NCBI RefSeq assembly: GCF_009834535.1
Contig: NC_045698.1
Location: 12,216,001 to 12,280,000, forward strand
DNA length: 64,000 nucleotides
Source: Camelus ferus
Lineage: Eukaryota
Direction of reading: 5' to 3'
The position numbers and the translations under genes are program-made. Under the pieces are notes generated by a model, which saw only the letters and a list, made by a program, of their open reading frames with translations, did not search any database and was not told the DNA's origin. Positions 11,345 through 23,581 of this stretch are shown here, one piece after another. Numbering within the stretch: the stretch's first letter is position 1; the number at the start of each line of letters is the position of its first letter.

Positions 11345-13108
11345 TAAAAAGCTTATGGGAAAAAAAGTACTCAAATTTTTTTATTCTAGAAGCAAAGAAA
11401 TATGGCTAAGAAGTACAGAATATTTATTATGCTCAAGACTTTTAAAGCAGGGTGAAGGACCAAACCAGACAACAGCAAAATAATTACAAAGCACCTGTGC
11501 TGTACAAAATTTAGTCTTTTCCCTTTCTATAATTAAAGTTTTCCTCATATATTCCAAGACTGGTTCAACACTAATTTATAAAAATTTTGTAAGCTCATCT
11601 GAGAATGACCACAGAAACGAGTATCTTCACTGTTTTAGTCACTGACCTAGACTTCATAGAACAGTAAAGAAATGAGATCTTCACAGGAGCAGAAAACTTC
11701 AACTGTCAAGTAAAAAAGATCAAAAGATGCTCCGTGAAAAAATTCTTGGATAAATTCTGAAAACACAATGACTACATGTGGAGATGCAAAAGCCAATGAA
11801 TAAAATGTGCTTACTATAAACAAATAGCGTGACTTCTTTATGCAAATTTGTGATTTCTTCACTCTCAAGTTTACCCCTAAGTGAACTAGTTAATTAGTTA
11901 GGACTGGGGTGGTAAGTACATTATGAATCACACCATGGGGTAATTTAACGGCTGCAACCAATTTATCACCAGTGTGGGCACTAAAACTGCTACCAGGAGC
12001 CTCCACTCACTGTCTCCTGTCCTATTTACAGTCTTTTTAGTAGCAATCTCGACCGCTTTGGCAAGAGTAGCCACTTTAAGCCTCTTTATAATTATCTTAT
12101 TTTTTTCAACAATATGGCTCAAGACTTAAAAGACTCTGGGAAATTCTCAGCATAGTTCAGAGGGGCTAAGCAGCACTTGGTGATAGCACTTAAGTTACAA
12201 AACTGGCACAGAGTTACGCAGAACATTTTCAATCAAGTCTTTATTCAGCACATAAAACCAGGTGTTAGTGCAAGCGTGTGCGTAGGGGGTGGGGGAAGAG
12301 GACAAACAGGTGATACAGGTGATACACTCCCCACCAGGGAGGATGGAAGGAAGTCAGGCTTGTCACACTAGAAACAAACCGAGACGAGGGGCAAATTTAA
12401 GGTACAAAAGGGACCACACTTCAAATGCCAGAAACCTTTCATTTCAATTTAAAAATAAAAGCTAGCAATCACTGAAACTCAGGCCAAGCTCCCAGCATTT
12501 CCCTATAGCTAGCAGAAAAAGCAAACAATTCTGAATCAGAAAACTATGTCCCAAGAGGAAAGCAGGGGAAGCCACAGAGTCCCCTCCCCAGCCTCTCCCA
12601 GGACGAGGAAACCCTTGCCGGCCAGGGCGTCCTGGTGGCCAGTGAGCTAAGCAGTCTGGGTCTGCAGTGACCCTATGACTTGGATAATTAGAAGTCTGTC
12701 ACCAGAAATAGCCACCTCCTATCACAAAGCATCGTGCATGGAGAAAGCTTGTGTAGTGAGAGAAGTCAAAGACACCAAAATAAAATCAAGAGAGAAAATT
12801 GAAAATATTTCAACATTTCATAAAATCCAGTTTGCAGGGCTAAATCCCATGCCACCTAGAACAGGCGCACAGCCAAAGCAGCTGTCTGCAGCAGGCTTTC
12901 TGTTAACAGGTTGAAGGAAGGAGAGACGGCGGAGAAACCCCTCTACATTATGAATGGCAGGATGCGACATCTTTAAAAGGAAGGCCGAGGGGAAGATGAT
13001 CATGGTATTACAGCTAATCTGGTTTTAATTTCATTCTCAATTTAAGGGTATATACATGAGATGTGAGGAAATGATGTGTGACATATATCCATTTAAAAAT
13101 ATACTTTG

Positions 13109-13490
13109 CAGAAAGAGAAAGAAAAATACCATACGATATCACCTATATGCGGAATCTAAAAAAAAAAAAAGACAAACGAACGTATTTACAAAACAGAAAC
13201 AGACTCACAGACATAGAAAACAAACTTATGGTTATCAGGCGGGGAAGGGGGTGGGAAGGGATACACTGGGAGTTTAAGAATTGTAGATTCAGCTACTATA
13301 CATAAAATAGATAAACAACAAGTTTATACTGTATAGAACAGGGAGCTATATTCAATATCTTGTAGTAACTTACGGTGGAAAAGAATATGAAAATGAGTAT
13401 GTGTATGTTTATGTATGGCTGAAGCATTGTGCTGTACACCAGAAACTGACACAATACTGTAAATTGACTATACGGCAATAAAAATTATAT
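13109..13490 (+). mobile_element. 5'-truncated LINE-1 3' end (young cetartiodactyl-type)
   Basis: aaacagaaacagactcacagacatagaaaacaaacttatggtta...tgctgtacaccagaaactgacacaatactgtaaattgactata; homologous to the copies at 30370, 32029 and 59304. Confidence 0.88.
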
Positions 13491-14629
13491 ATACATACTT
13501 CGATTCCATTCCACAAGGCATCCTTATGAACAATCTAGAAGAGTCGATGGGGATAGGGGACAGAGTTGTCAACAACAACCAGGGAAGACAAATCTGGGGT
13601 GCAATGAAAGCAGACACTGACTGCCTTCTGATTAGAGTCTGGGATTTGGAGTTAGACCGTGTTAGATCTCCAGGTGCTGTGTGTGGCTATGCTGGTTACC
13701 AACCTCTCTGAGTCACAGAACACAGACAACCCTAGCTTCTAACTTCACAGGGTCGTTAGAAGCAGAGAGATGGCAAGTCCACATGGTAAGCACTCAGTCA
13801 GCGTTAGCTACATTTACGATGAGTCAACTCTAGACCCGCTGGTTCCAACTGTGGAAGTAACGACTCCGGTAATAACTGAGACCACGCTGATGACATCTAC
13901 CAGGTGTCAGGCTTCCTAAATGCAGTCACCTCATAACAAAGTCCCCGTGATGTTCAAGAACTGCAGGAGACCACTCGGGTCCACACCTCACAGTCTTAGG
14001 ATGACAACTGTGCAACCGGAATTGGTTCCTATGAGAACAGGATGAGATCCTAGCAGTCACCTCGTCTAACTGTTGACAGATTTGTTTTTAACCGTAAAAC
14101 CAATTATTCAAAAAGAATTTTAACTGTAAGCCTCAAAACAAAGAATCTGCTTGCTCCTATACCAAGGTCGTGATTTTTGTTTTGTTTTTCTGAACGCCAA
14201 CCAACCGTCCCTCCTGAATGTCAGATGTCCATCCATCTTCTAGAGAGAGGATTCCCTTTCAGTTTGGAACTGTCTTTACCATGACTTCAAACAAGAAGAA
14301 AGCACCTGCTCTTGCACAGAGGTACAAATGTGCTCATTTCCTTTTTTATTAATTTTTTTTTGAAACAGAAAATGAAAGCTGTCACTTTTGGGGGGGGGGT
14401 AGTTTCATTCTTTTTTCCCCTAAAACAACTTTATTGTGGTATCATTTCTTTTAACAATTTTTTTGTGGTATAATTTCTGTACAGTAAACTATACATATTT
14501 CAGACATACAATCAGATGAATTTTGACAGGTGTATACACCTATGAAACCATGACCACAAATAGGACACCTAACAATTCCATCCCTTGGGGTGGTCTCTCT
14601 TAATAAAGGAAGACAGGAAAGTAACTTAC

Positions 14630-14733
14630 AATGACTTCCCTGAAGGATTCCTGGTCATTGATTGTCTTGTCTCCAACACATCCAGATTGATTCAAGTAGT
14701 GGTAGTTTTCTGGCACAGATAAATAAAATTCTT
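14630..14733 (-). CDS. MYO10: MYO10 exon 9 (104 nt) EFYLSVPENYHYLNQSGCVGDKTINDQESFREVI
   Basis: Acceptor TTGTAG|AAG, donor ATT|GTAAGT; YHYLNQSG motif. Confidence 0.96.
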
Positions 14734-15315
14734 CTACAAGAGGAAAAAGAAAAACGTAACATCAGTACTTGACTGGCCAAGACAGAATTCAAAAGAGTTT
14801 ATTTTTGAAAGTTGCAAAGTGAAAAGTACAAAAATAATTCTGTGCTCCTAACAGCCCACCGTTCAGATAAAGTTCTCTGTTAAACAACGTCTAGGGAGAA
14901 AATAGAATCTAATTACATTAGATGGGATGGAATGAAACATTTACTGAAAAAAGGAATTGCTGAGGGTCCTGTTTTGATTGTTTTCATTAAAAAATTAGAT
15001 GTTTAGAAATTAGCTTTATTTGGGTGTGGTTTAAAAGTAATACATTATACAATTTTCACAAACATCCCTTAAACAGAAAAGAAGATTTTGAAAGAAACAA
15101 AAAAATTCAGGATTTCTCTATTGACGATTTTCTCTCTACCTTATCTGGCTCTAAAATGAACTTGACATCTTTTGGTCCTTTTGATACATTTCCTGTCAAT
15201 TGGTGGAGCATCAGCAAAGTCCAAACAGAGGTCTTCTCGTTCACAGATGGTCTTTAAAGGGAAAACAAGTTGCTTCGCTAGCAAGTACGTCTCTGCTGCT
15301 GTCCCAACCACTCAC

Positions 15316-15400
15316 CTCTCTCTGTGTGTTCTAGCCCTGCCAGCAGCGCGTAGAATATGTGATAATTCCTCTCCCCTGGATTTTGCCTTACTACTCGGTT
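15316..15400 (-). CDS. MYO10: MYO10 exon 8 (85 nt) [28 protein letters not shown](E)
   Basis: Acceptor CACAG|AAC, donor [15 protein letters not shown] motif. Confidence 0.96.
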
Positions 15401-15519
15401 CTGTGAAGACAAATCAGATTTCTGTTCAGAGAAGTTTCCTCCGCTGAATGGACACAAACCAGTAATTGCTGAAAACTGTTACTGTGAAAGACAATGTGAA
15501 TTCCATCACATTTACTTAC

Positions 15520-15533
15520 TTTTTCTAATAAAT
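15520..15533 (-). CDS. MYO10: MYO10 exon 7, 14-nt microexon ATTTATTAGAAAAA encoding (Y)LLEK
   Basis: AAG|ATTTATTAGAAAAA|GTAAGT; supplies the conserved myosin YLLEK motif and is needed to keep frame between exons 6 and 8. Confidence 0.93.
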
Positions 15534-16014
15534 CTTCATGTGAAAAGCAATGGCAAGTCAAGGAGTAAAACAAGGATGCAGGACACTCAATTAGTCTTCA
15601 GTTTTGCATTCTTTGTTACCCAAATAATTACAGTTCCCTGCTTCTTGGACACTGAGACTTCAGTGCCAAAAGATAAACAAAACACAGACTATTTCATCTA
15701 AATCCAATTCCAAAAATGACACATAGTGACTTGGAGATATCAAACTCTATTTGACAGAATTGATTTCAAACAACAAATATCTGATGTTGGATGAGGAGCC
15801 CAGTTTTTCAAATTCGGGACATGATGTCAGAGATTCCCAAAAGAGAGATGGTTTCTTATCTCCCAGAATGAGTAACAGGTCCAGCACAGTCATACTGGAG
15901 CAATAACGAGGTAGAACCAGAAAGAAGTGTTTTGCATTGTCCTCAGGATAAGCAAGACCAGTTTCTAGTTACAGAGTCAAACACTCTAGACAAAAACTAA
16001 ATGAAACAGGATAC
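15534..16014 (-). other. MYO10: U12-type (minor spliceosome) GT-AG intron 6, 481 nt
   Basis: 5' site GTATCCTG (U12 consensus GTATCCTT); branch sequence TCCTTGAC at 15557-15564; no polypyrimidine tract directly before the AG (CACATGAAG). Confidence 0.88.
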
Positions 16015-16139
16015 AATCCACAATCCTCCCGCCCTGAATGTTTCCCTTCTGGCAGATGTTCAGCTGCACGAACTTCCCGAAGCGACTGGAGTTGTTGTTG
16101 TACACGGTCTTGGCGTTGCCGAAGGCTTCCATGATGGGG
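16015..16139 (-). CDS. MYO10: MYO10 exon 6 (125 nt), switch [42 protein letters not shown](Y)
   Basis: Acceptor TTTCCCAG|CCC, donor [17 protein letters not shown] and NNNSSRFGK motifs. Confidence 0.97.
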
Positions 16140-16566
16140 CTGGGAAAGAAATGAGGACAGCATGGGTGTTAACTGGAAAGGCTCTAAACTCGGCGGCGGC
16201 ATTCCTTACCCCTGGCAAAATACACAGCAGCAAGAGAAATCGGAAATCAAAAAGGACCGACGGCGACTATGTTTGTGTACAGAAGGGCTCGATTTCCCCA
16301 GCACTTGCTGAAATGGGTTTATAACTCGTGTCCATTTCGAAGGAGATCTGGTGGCATGCTGGGTGGGCTCTGGATGCTAACACTGAGTCAGGGAGACCCC
16401 CGTGGGTGGGCCCCGCACAAAGTAGCTTAAATCCACGAACCAGGGGCTGCACAGAAAAAAGCTTTCAATCGAATTCCAGGAACTAGAAAAGTCCCAGTCC
16501 TGGAAATTTGCCCCATTTGTTGTGGGAACCCACGCAACCTCCCTGGGTCTTCTCCAACTGTAACAC

Positions 16567-16966
16567 GTGGTCAGACATCTTTTTCTGTAAAGGACCAGAT
16601 AATAAATATTTTTGGCTTTGCGGGCCAAGGGGATCTCTGCCACCACAGCTTGAAAGCAGCGGTAAACACTACGCAAATAAATGAGGGGGTCTGTGTTCCT
16701 ATCAAGTTTTATTTAGAAAAAACAGGCTGCAGGGGGAGGATGAGAAAGGTCTAGAGACGGACGGTGGTGACGGCTGCACGACAATGTGAAAGCACTTAAT
16801 GCCACGAAGCTGGACACTGAAAAACGTTTTAAGTCTTACATTTCACATCATGTGTCTTCTACTGTGATTTAAAAAAATAAACTTTGAAGGCAAAACAAAA
16901 ATAAAAACAAAAAAAACCAGAGCAGCCTGGGATACAGACCTTAGGTGGGAGTCTGCTGACTCCTGG
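16567..16966 (+). mobile_element. MER58-like hAT MITE interrupted by an old L1M 3' fragment (about 16735-16880)
   Basis: ttttctgtaaaggaccagataataaatatttttggctttgcgggcc..gtgttcctatcaagttttattt; terminal tgctgactcctg. Confidence 0.65.
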
Positions 16967-17537
16967 ACTAATTTCTAAATAACAGGGCCTGTAAAGTCCC
17001 TCTTGGCTTTAAAAATCTTCTAAGGCACCCATGATACACCGGGGAAGTCACAGATTTTGATTAGAATTTCAGAGGGTACCTCACCGTGGCTTCTCTCAGA
17101 GCTCCGAGGCTCACTATCGTGGATTTATCACTGACCTTCTGTCACGTGAGAGGCTACAAAAATGCCATTCCATTCACGTGGTGCCTCCAAAGAGCTGACG
17201 GCAAAACTGGGCTGGCTCATCCCCTGCTAAGCCCTCACGCCAGGGGGCTGGAGGCTGAAACTTGTGCTGGTAACGAGGCCTCCATACAGCTAGTTAAGGG
17301 CTGGCCCAGAGGAGGTGACCACAGAATGCTCCTCAGCCACTCCGTCACCACTCAAACCTGGCCCGTGGAAGGACAAACCGCTCTGTGCATGTGGCGACTT
17401 CTCCCTGAGGCATCGTGAAAGTGAGGTTAAGAAAAAGAGGAGAGGGAGCCCTGAGTTTTAACTCCTCCTTAAATAAGAAGCTCGGTGAAGAAAGTGAATC
17501 CTATTAGTCAGAAACGAGCAACCTGATGGAGAAATAC

Positions 17538-17672
17538 CTGCTTTCAAGAATAGCCTGTTCCACGCAGGACGTCTTCTCCTTCGAGGACAAGTCCAGAGAC
17601 TGCTGACTGATGGCTGATAAAAACTTAAGGATCAATTTAGTGCTTTCGGTTTTCCCAGCCCCGCTTTCACCA
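17538..17672 (-). CDS. MYO10: MYO10 exon 5 (135 nt), P-loop (S)GESGAGKTESTKLILKFLSAISQQSLDLSSKEKTSCVEQAILES(S)
   Basis: Acceptor TTTCAG|TGG, donor AG|GTATTT; Walker A GESGAGKT. Confidence 0.98.
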
Positions 17673-19704
17673 CTGAAAGACAAAATGCAGAAGTTTGTGC
17701 TCCTAGGTAAAAGAAGAAAAAAAGCCAGCCTGCCCAGAGTCACTACAATTGGTCCACAGATCAACTCTTGAACAGCGAGAAAGAGATCAAAGCTCTGAGT
17801 CACAGGAAAGGAAGAGCGCCTCCTCTGGTCGGCCGTACGGCCTCTTTCAGCATCCGAGGGAAACAGAGGCACCACCTTTCCTAAGCTCAGGCAATAAGAC
17901 AGACGGTGCCCTCCGTGGGAGGTCAGCTCTGCAGGGGCTGGGACTGGTGTTTTGTTCACTAATGTTTCCCAGTGCCGACGGCAGGCACTAAGTATTTGCT
18001 AAATGAGTGAGTTATCTTTCTGGGAAATATGTATTAAAAATGCAACTATTCATAAATGTTGAGAGGACGAGGGAATGGACCTGCTGGTACCTGACTCACA
18101 CTTGGGCATTTTATTCCCATACGAATCCCACGAGGGAGGCAGCAGCTAAGTGTCTGAGTTAGAACTGAACACCAGGTCTGTCTGCATCCACGGTCCTGCA
18201 AAGACCCCGCTGCAGGGATGATTAAGGAAAAGTGAGCAGAGCAACCTGGGGGCAGGGTCCGTGGGGTGGGGTGGTGAGAGAAGTTAGTAAGGTCTGAGTT
18301 GTCATAAAGGACCAGCAAACCCAGCCAGGTAAAGGTGAAAGTGAAAGGATTCGGGGTAAGATGACCACGTGAACGAAAGCACAGAGGCCAGTGATCTCGG
18401 GAAGGTCTCCACGGGGTGGGATTCTGGTGAGGTCAGCTGGACTGAGATCAGAGGCGGCGGAGAAAGGGAAAAAGGACTGAGTCTGATGGTTCCGAGGCAA
18501 CCATGGGAGACAGAAGGTGAAGACCGAGCCCATCCAGGTCACCTGTGAGGGACCCAGCTCTGAGGTCACTCCCGAAGGACTGGGGTGGGGGTGGGGGGGG
18601 GGTCCCTCAGGGAGACCAGCTGCTGCTATAATCTAGGCGAGTGGCGGTCTGGTCCTGCACAAGCACAATCCTGCTGGGGATGGAAGGGGAGGTTTGGAGA
18701 TGACAGATTTGGAAGGAGAAACCCAGTCAGTTTTGGGTAAGGCACCCTGCTTGGCACCACCGGGTGAACAGAAGTAGTAAGGAGGCAGAGGACTTAGGAG
18801 AACAGCGAACCAACAGCGTAAGGAGCAGCACAGCCAACCGTAGGGCAGCAGGTCCCTCATCGCTCAAGGTGGGGAATAAACAGATGTGGTTCCCACAGGT
18901 GCTAAAAGACGCAGTCCCCACTGAGTGCCAGGATCTGGGAGGCTGTGAAAAGGGAGTTTTGCAGAGAACACAGTGAATGATTAAGCCCGTGTAATAAAGG
19001 AGAGGAAATGACTCAGAAATGACAGCACTGGTGCCCTGAGGTCCAGGGGACTCTCCACCGATGGAGGCGTTGCGACCTCCCCTGAAGTAAGGACGGTAGT
19101 CAGCGACAGGGACCGAATGTGGCCAGTTGAACAAGAGCAACTGAGCAAAAGAGAGAGCTGTCCATGTTCGGAGGCTGAAACCCCCTCAGGTCCTCTGGGC
19201 TCCCTACCTTCCAGGATTGCCATCTGGGTGTCCCGGGATGGCACACCTGCAGGCGTCCCTTCCCCCTCAAGTATTCAAGTGCCTACTGTGCGTCAGGCTG
19301 CCCTAAGAGCTGAGAAAACAGCCATGGACAGAATCTGCCCACGACCCAGCAGCAGCAGGAGATACCAGAGTCCCAGACTATGGTTAATGGTGCCAAGCAT
19401 AAACCTCAGGAGATGGGAGGATTCACAATTTAGACAGAGGCCAAGGTTCAGTAAACCTTTCTGGGGATGTGACATTGAGACTGAAATGTAAAGACATGTG
19501 CAGGAGTTCATGGGGTGAAAACTGAAGGGTGGGGACGGTGGGGAGGGTGGGGGGGGTGGAGGTGGGGGAAGGGAGCAGATCCCACAAGAGGAAACTGCCT
19601 GGGGCCTTGGGAGAAGGAAGAGTGTGGCCTGCACAGCGAGTAGGGAAGGGAAGGGGCTGGGGTCCCACTGAGGGGTCCCACTATGGAACTGGTTCTTTTC
19701 AAGA

Positions 19705-20186
19705 GGGGATGGGAGAGGAGCTGGGCTGAGTTTACTCACCAATGGCCAATGATTCCATCAACCGCAAAGTGACTATGTAATGAAGCCTCCACAAAACCCT
19801 AAAAGGATGGGGTTCAGAGAGCTTCCGGGGTGGTGAACACGTGGAGGTGCTGGGAGTGCAGCCCCTGGGAGGGGCATGGAAGCTTCTGGACCCTTCCCCA
19901 CACCCTGGCCTGTGCAGCTCTTCCATCTGGCTGTTTCTGAGTTACATCTTTTTCTAATAGACCAGTGATCCAGTAAGTAAAGTGTTTCGAGTTCTGTGAG
20001 CTGCAAACCAATCTAGCAAACTAATCAAACCCAAGGACAGGTTTGTTGTAACCTCCAACTAGAGCTGCTTGGTCAGAAGCACAGGTGACAACATCTGAAG
20101 TGGAGGGGGTGGCAGTCCTACAGGCAGGACTGAGCCCTCAACCTGGGGGCCGGATGCTACGCCAGGTAGAGAGTGACAGAATTAAC
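19705..20186 (+). mobile_element. MER21-like ERV LTR fragment
   Basis: atgtaatgaagcctccacaaaaccctaaaaggatggggttcagagagcttcc...gagttctgtgagc...tggtcagaagcacaggtgacaac resembles the recalled MER21 consensus. Confidence 0.75.
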
Positions 20187-21859
20187 TGCCTGGCGAACTT
20201 GACAATGTGTGCTACGTAACACACGGCGTATATGTTATAGCGTTACAATGATATAATAACTAGGTATATACTTCTTTGCTTATCCTGTCACAGAACTGTG
20301 AAGCCAAAATAAATTTCAGAATTAAATACAAACAAAATACAACACCAGTAAAGTCCAAATTAACAAGCCTAACTGAACCCCCCTTGGTTAATACTGTTTG
20401 AGGTGTCCTCTGCACTGCAAATGCCTGTTGCTTCTCTTTTGAGCCTGGTGGCCTCCTTTTCTTCCATGGGCCATGTGATGACTCATTTACTCCACCTCAT
20501 TCCTTTATTCCAGCCACGATAAAACAGTGACTCGTACTGCAATTACAATGTTATTTTACCTTCACTTACAGTGAACACATCACTTACATACCCAGTCCTA
20601 CGTTTTTCTCATTAGCCCTTGGCAATTACAGTCCTAACCCTTGGCGCCAACGTGCGACCACAAACATGGGCTTCACAGAAAACATGTTCACCCAGAAGAA
20701 CTGTTTAAAAAAAAAAAAACTTTATAGAGATTAATAGTAAAAATGAAAAAAGGAAAGAGCACTGATACGGGGCCTCAGAGGTTGTATTAAAAGGTTTTGA
20801 GAATTTTTCGTAGGCAGAATGGGAAAATTGCAAGACAGCTTTTAAGCAGAATGTCATGATCAAGTTCAGGGTTTCAAAGAACCATGCTGTGTGGAGGATG
20901 GTTTGCAGGAGGCAAGAGAAGGAGCAGGGAAGTGAGGGTAGAAGGGTAGTGAGGGGCGGGGAGCAGAGGGGGGCAGCAGAGGGGGGCAGGGAGCGGGCCC
21001 AAGTCAGCCTGCTGGGGGAGAAAGGGATAACTGAGGGCCCTGGTCAGGGTGGTTGGTAAGTGACAGGGAGGCAGGGGAACGCCTCTGGAGAGCCTAGGGA
21101 GCTTGCCAGCTAGTGTGACAATCTGGGTGCTGGCAACACAGCTGTCCACATGTGTCAATGCTCACTGACTGTCTACGAGAGATGGGTACCATTTACTGTA
21201 CGCAGTTTGACCTTAATTGATGGGGGCACGGGTGATTTCTAGGTCCAGGAATGACTTCCTGATCTCAGGCTTGGGACCCATAGGATGGAGGGTCCACATG
21301 TGGAGAATGAGCAGCATGAGAGGAGGAACACATTTCTGGGAGAAAATCAAGATGAGGTGAGGATGTGCCCCCTCCGCCTGAGATGATGCCTCGGGGCGGC
21401 ACCTGGACACACATCTGGAGTCAGAGGAGAGAGTGGCAGGGGAGGCGCTGAAGCCTGGGGAGCCATCCAACCGCAGAGAAGGAAATGCGGCTGGTCAGAA
21501 GCTGAGGCCGTGGACAATGATGGAGGAGCCCAGAGAATGCGGAGGAAACCAGAATGATGGAGCAGCTTGGAGGAGAGTGGGGCAGGGCGTGGGGAAGGGT
21601 GTGTGTGTGCAGCTAAAGAGACATCTATTTTTTTCTTTTTTTCAAAGCTGGAACACACTAGAAGCTTTTGAATGATAATGCCAATGGACCAAAAGAAAAG
21701 AAGAGGTCAAAGAATCAGGGGCAGGGATTGGACGGAGGCTCCAAGACGGAGCAAAGTCCCAAGAAAGCAGGGTGGGGATCTAAACCCACCGGAAGGAAAA
21801 GGCCTCTAATGCGGACAGGGCCCCTTATCCACCCACGAGCTAGTCTCCCCTCCAGTGCA

Positions 21860-22085
21860 GGTGGCAGCAAACTGTGGTCCCTGAATCTGTCCTCCTGCCT
21901 GTTTTTTGAAAGTTTTACTGGAGCACAGCCTGGCCGTTCATTTGCATTCTGTCTATGATGCATCCGCATTCCAAGGGCAGATTTGAGTAGTTGTAACAGA
22001 TGATCTAGAGCAGGGAGCCTAAATAGCCCGTGGCAATGTCAGGATCCCTCCCTGGCCCCTTACAGATACCTTTGCTAACATCTGC
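21860..22085 (-). mobile_element. MER58-like hAT MITE
   Basis: aaagttttactggagcacagcc..ttgagtagttgtaacaga..ctggccccttacaga. Confidence 0.6.
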
Positions 22086-23562
22086 GGAACATTCTCCACC
22101 CTGTGAGTCAAATCCCTCTGATTCACGTTATTTTCTCAAAATAGACCCTGATCACTCCATCACTTGCTGGAAGACTTAAGAAACATCCCCACCACCTAGA
22201 AGATTCAGTCCGAAGGTCACAGCAAGCAGGACAAAGCCCTTAAGGTGCAACCCTGCCCCAGGAAGTAGGATTCTGCTCTGAAACTAATATGGGGAGACAG
22301 AAGTCCAAGTCCTGTGTCTGTGACCCACAGCTCACGGCTCCTTGGCACATCACTTAACCGAGCCGAGCCTCAGCTTCCCCACCGGAAGCGCTTCTGGTCT
22401 TTCTCAGTGGGCAGTGGTTCCCTTCCTTTGCTTTTCCAAGCCCAGTTCCTCCAGACCCTCAGCACATGCCACACCTCACAGGCGTACCTTCCCGTTCCTA
22501 AGGGTCCTCGTCTTCCCACACGTCAGTTTTTGCAAATGCTTCTGTGCCCCCCTCCTCCATGCCGCCCACATCCCCATGTTTCCTTGGATTCACGGTCACA
22601 CGTCACTTGATCTGTGATGTATTTTCTGGATTTCTTCTTGGGTATCTACCACCACCTTCTCTGAGCAACACCTTTCTTTTATAGCATTAGGCAAGCTGTA
22701 CTGAATTTACTTATTTATATCAGTTTCTTCCCATCATAGTAGAAGCTCCTGAAAGGCAATGACTGAGTCATTAAAAAAAAAAAAAATCCCAAAAGCCTAG
22801 CAGGGTAACCTGCTCTATGACGTGAGAGTGAGGCACGCCCCACGCCTTATTCTGGTTGGCGCCTTTCTAATCCAGGATGTGAGTTTGGGTCACATTCAAT
22901 CACAGATTACTAGAAACAGAAAAAGATCAAACAACCAATTATTATTCCAGAATGTAAAAGACATAGTTAAAAGGATATCACTCCAGCTTTAGAAAATCAA
23001 AACTTTTGCAAAGCAAGCAAAGGTCCTAAATTCAACAGCTCCTCCATCCACCCATCCTTTGATTGACAGCTGTTGGATGCTGGCCCCTCTATGAGACACT
23101 GTCCTGGGCAAAGAGCTGCACAGATGAATTAGCCACAAGCCTTGCCTTCACTATACATCTTAAAAGATCACAATATACTGAAAAGACCATTAACAGACTA
23201 AACTGCCTGCCCCAAACTGAAGCTAACTTAAATGTACTGGATCCACCAAGATCAAATGCTGACCTTGTCATTTAGATGAAAGAAAATTCCAAGTAAGCTT
23301 TAAACATACATTTATATTTTATAAATTATAAAAACATAAGCATTCATTTAAATGGGCACAAGAAGGTAAAATAAAACTAGACCTTAAGAGAGATAAACTC
23401 TTGAAAGCAAGACCAATAGAAAAGGCTTAGATTGGAATCCTAGGGACTAGCAGTGTCACAGGCTCGTAAAATGAAAGAAAAGTTGATCTATGGGGTCCCT
23501 GCCTTCTAAATAGGCTTAGTGTCTGAAATTAGCACAGAAGTTTTATAAGTAGTAACACGTTG

Positions 23563-23581
23563 TAGCCACTAGGGGGCGGAT
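23563..23581 (+). promoter_or_regulatory. Candidate CTCF binding site
   Basis: tagCCACTAGGGGGCGgat closely matches the CTCF core consensus; the CpG is retained in AT-rich intron. Confidence 0.65.

Noticed and set aside
9521..11483. Two paralogous small proteins (ORFs at 9521 and 11133)
   Set aside because: Translations of the duplicated L1M-derived segment; non-ATG starts and no coding signature
19530..19575. G-rich tracts on the + strand (also 18582-18602) as regulatory G-quadruplexes
   Set aside because: They are C-rich on the pre-mRNA, far from splice sites, and such tracts are common; no supporting context
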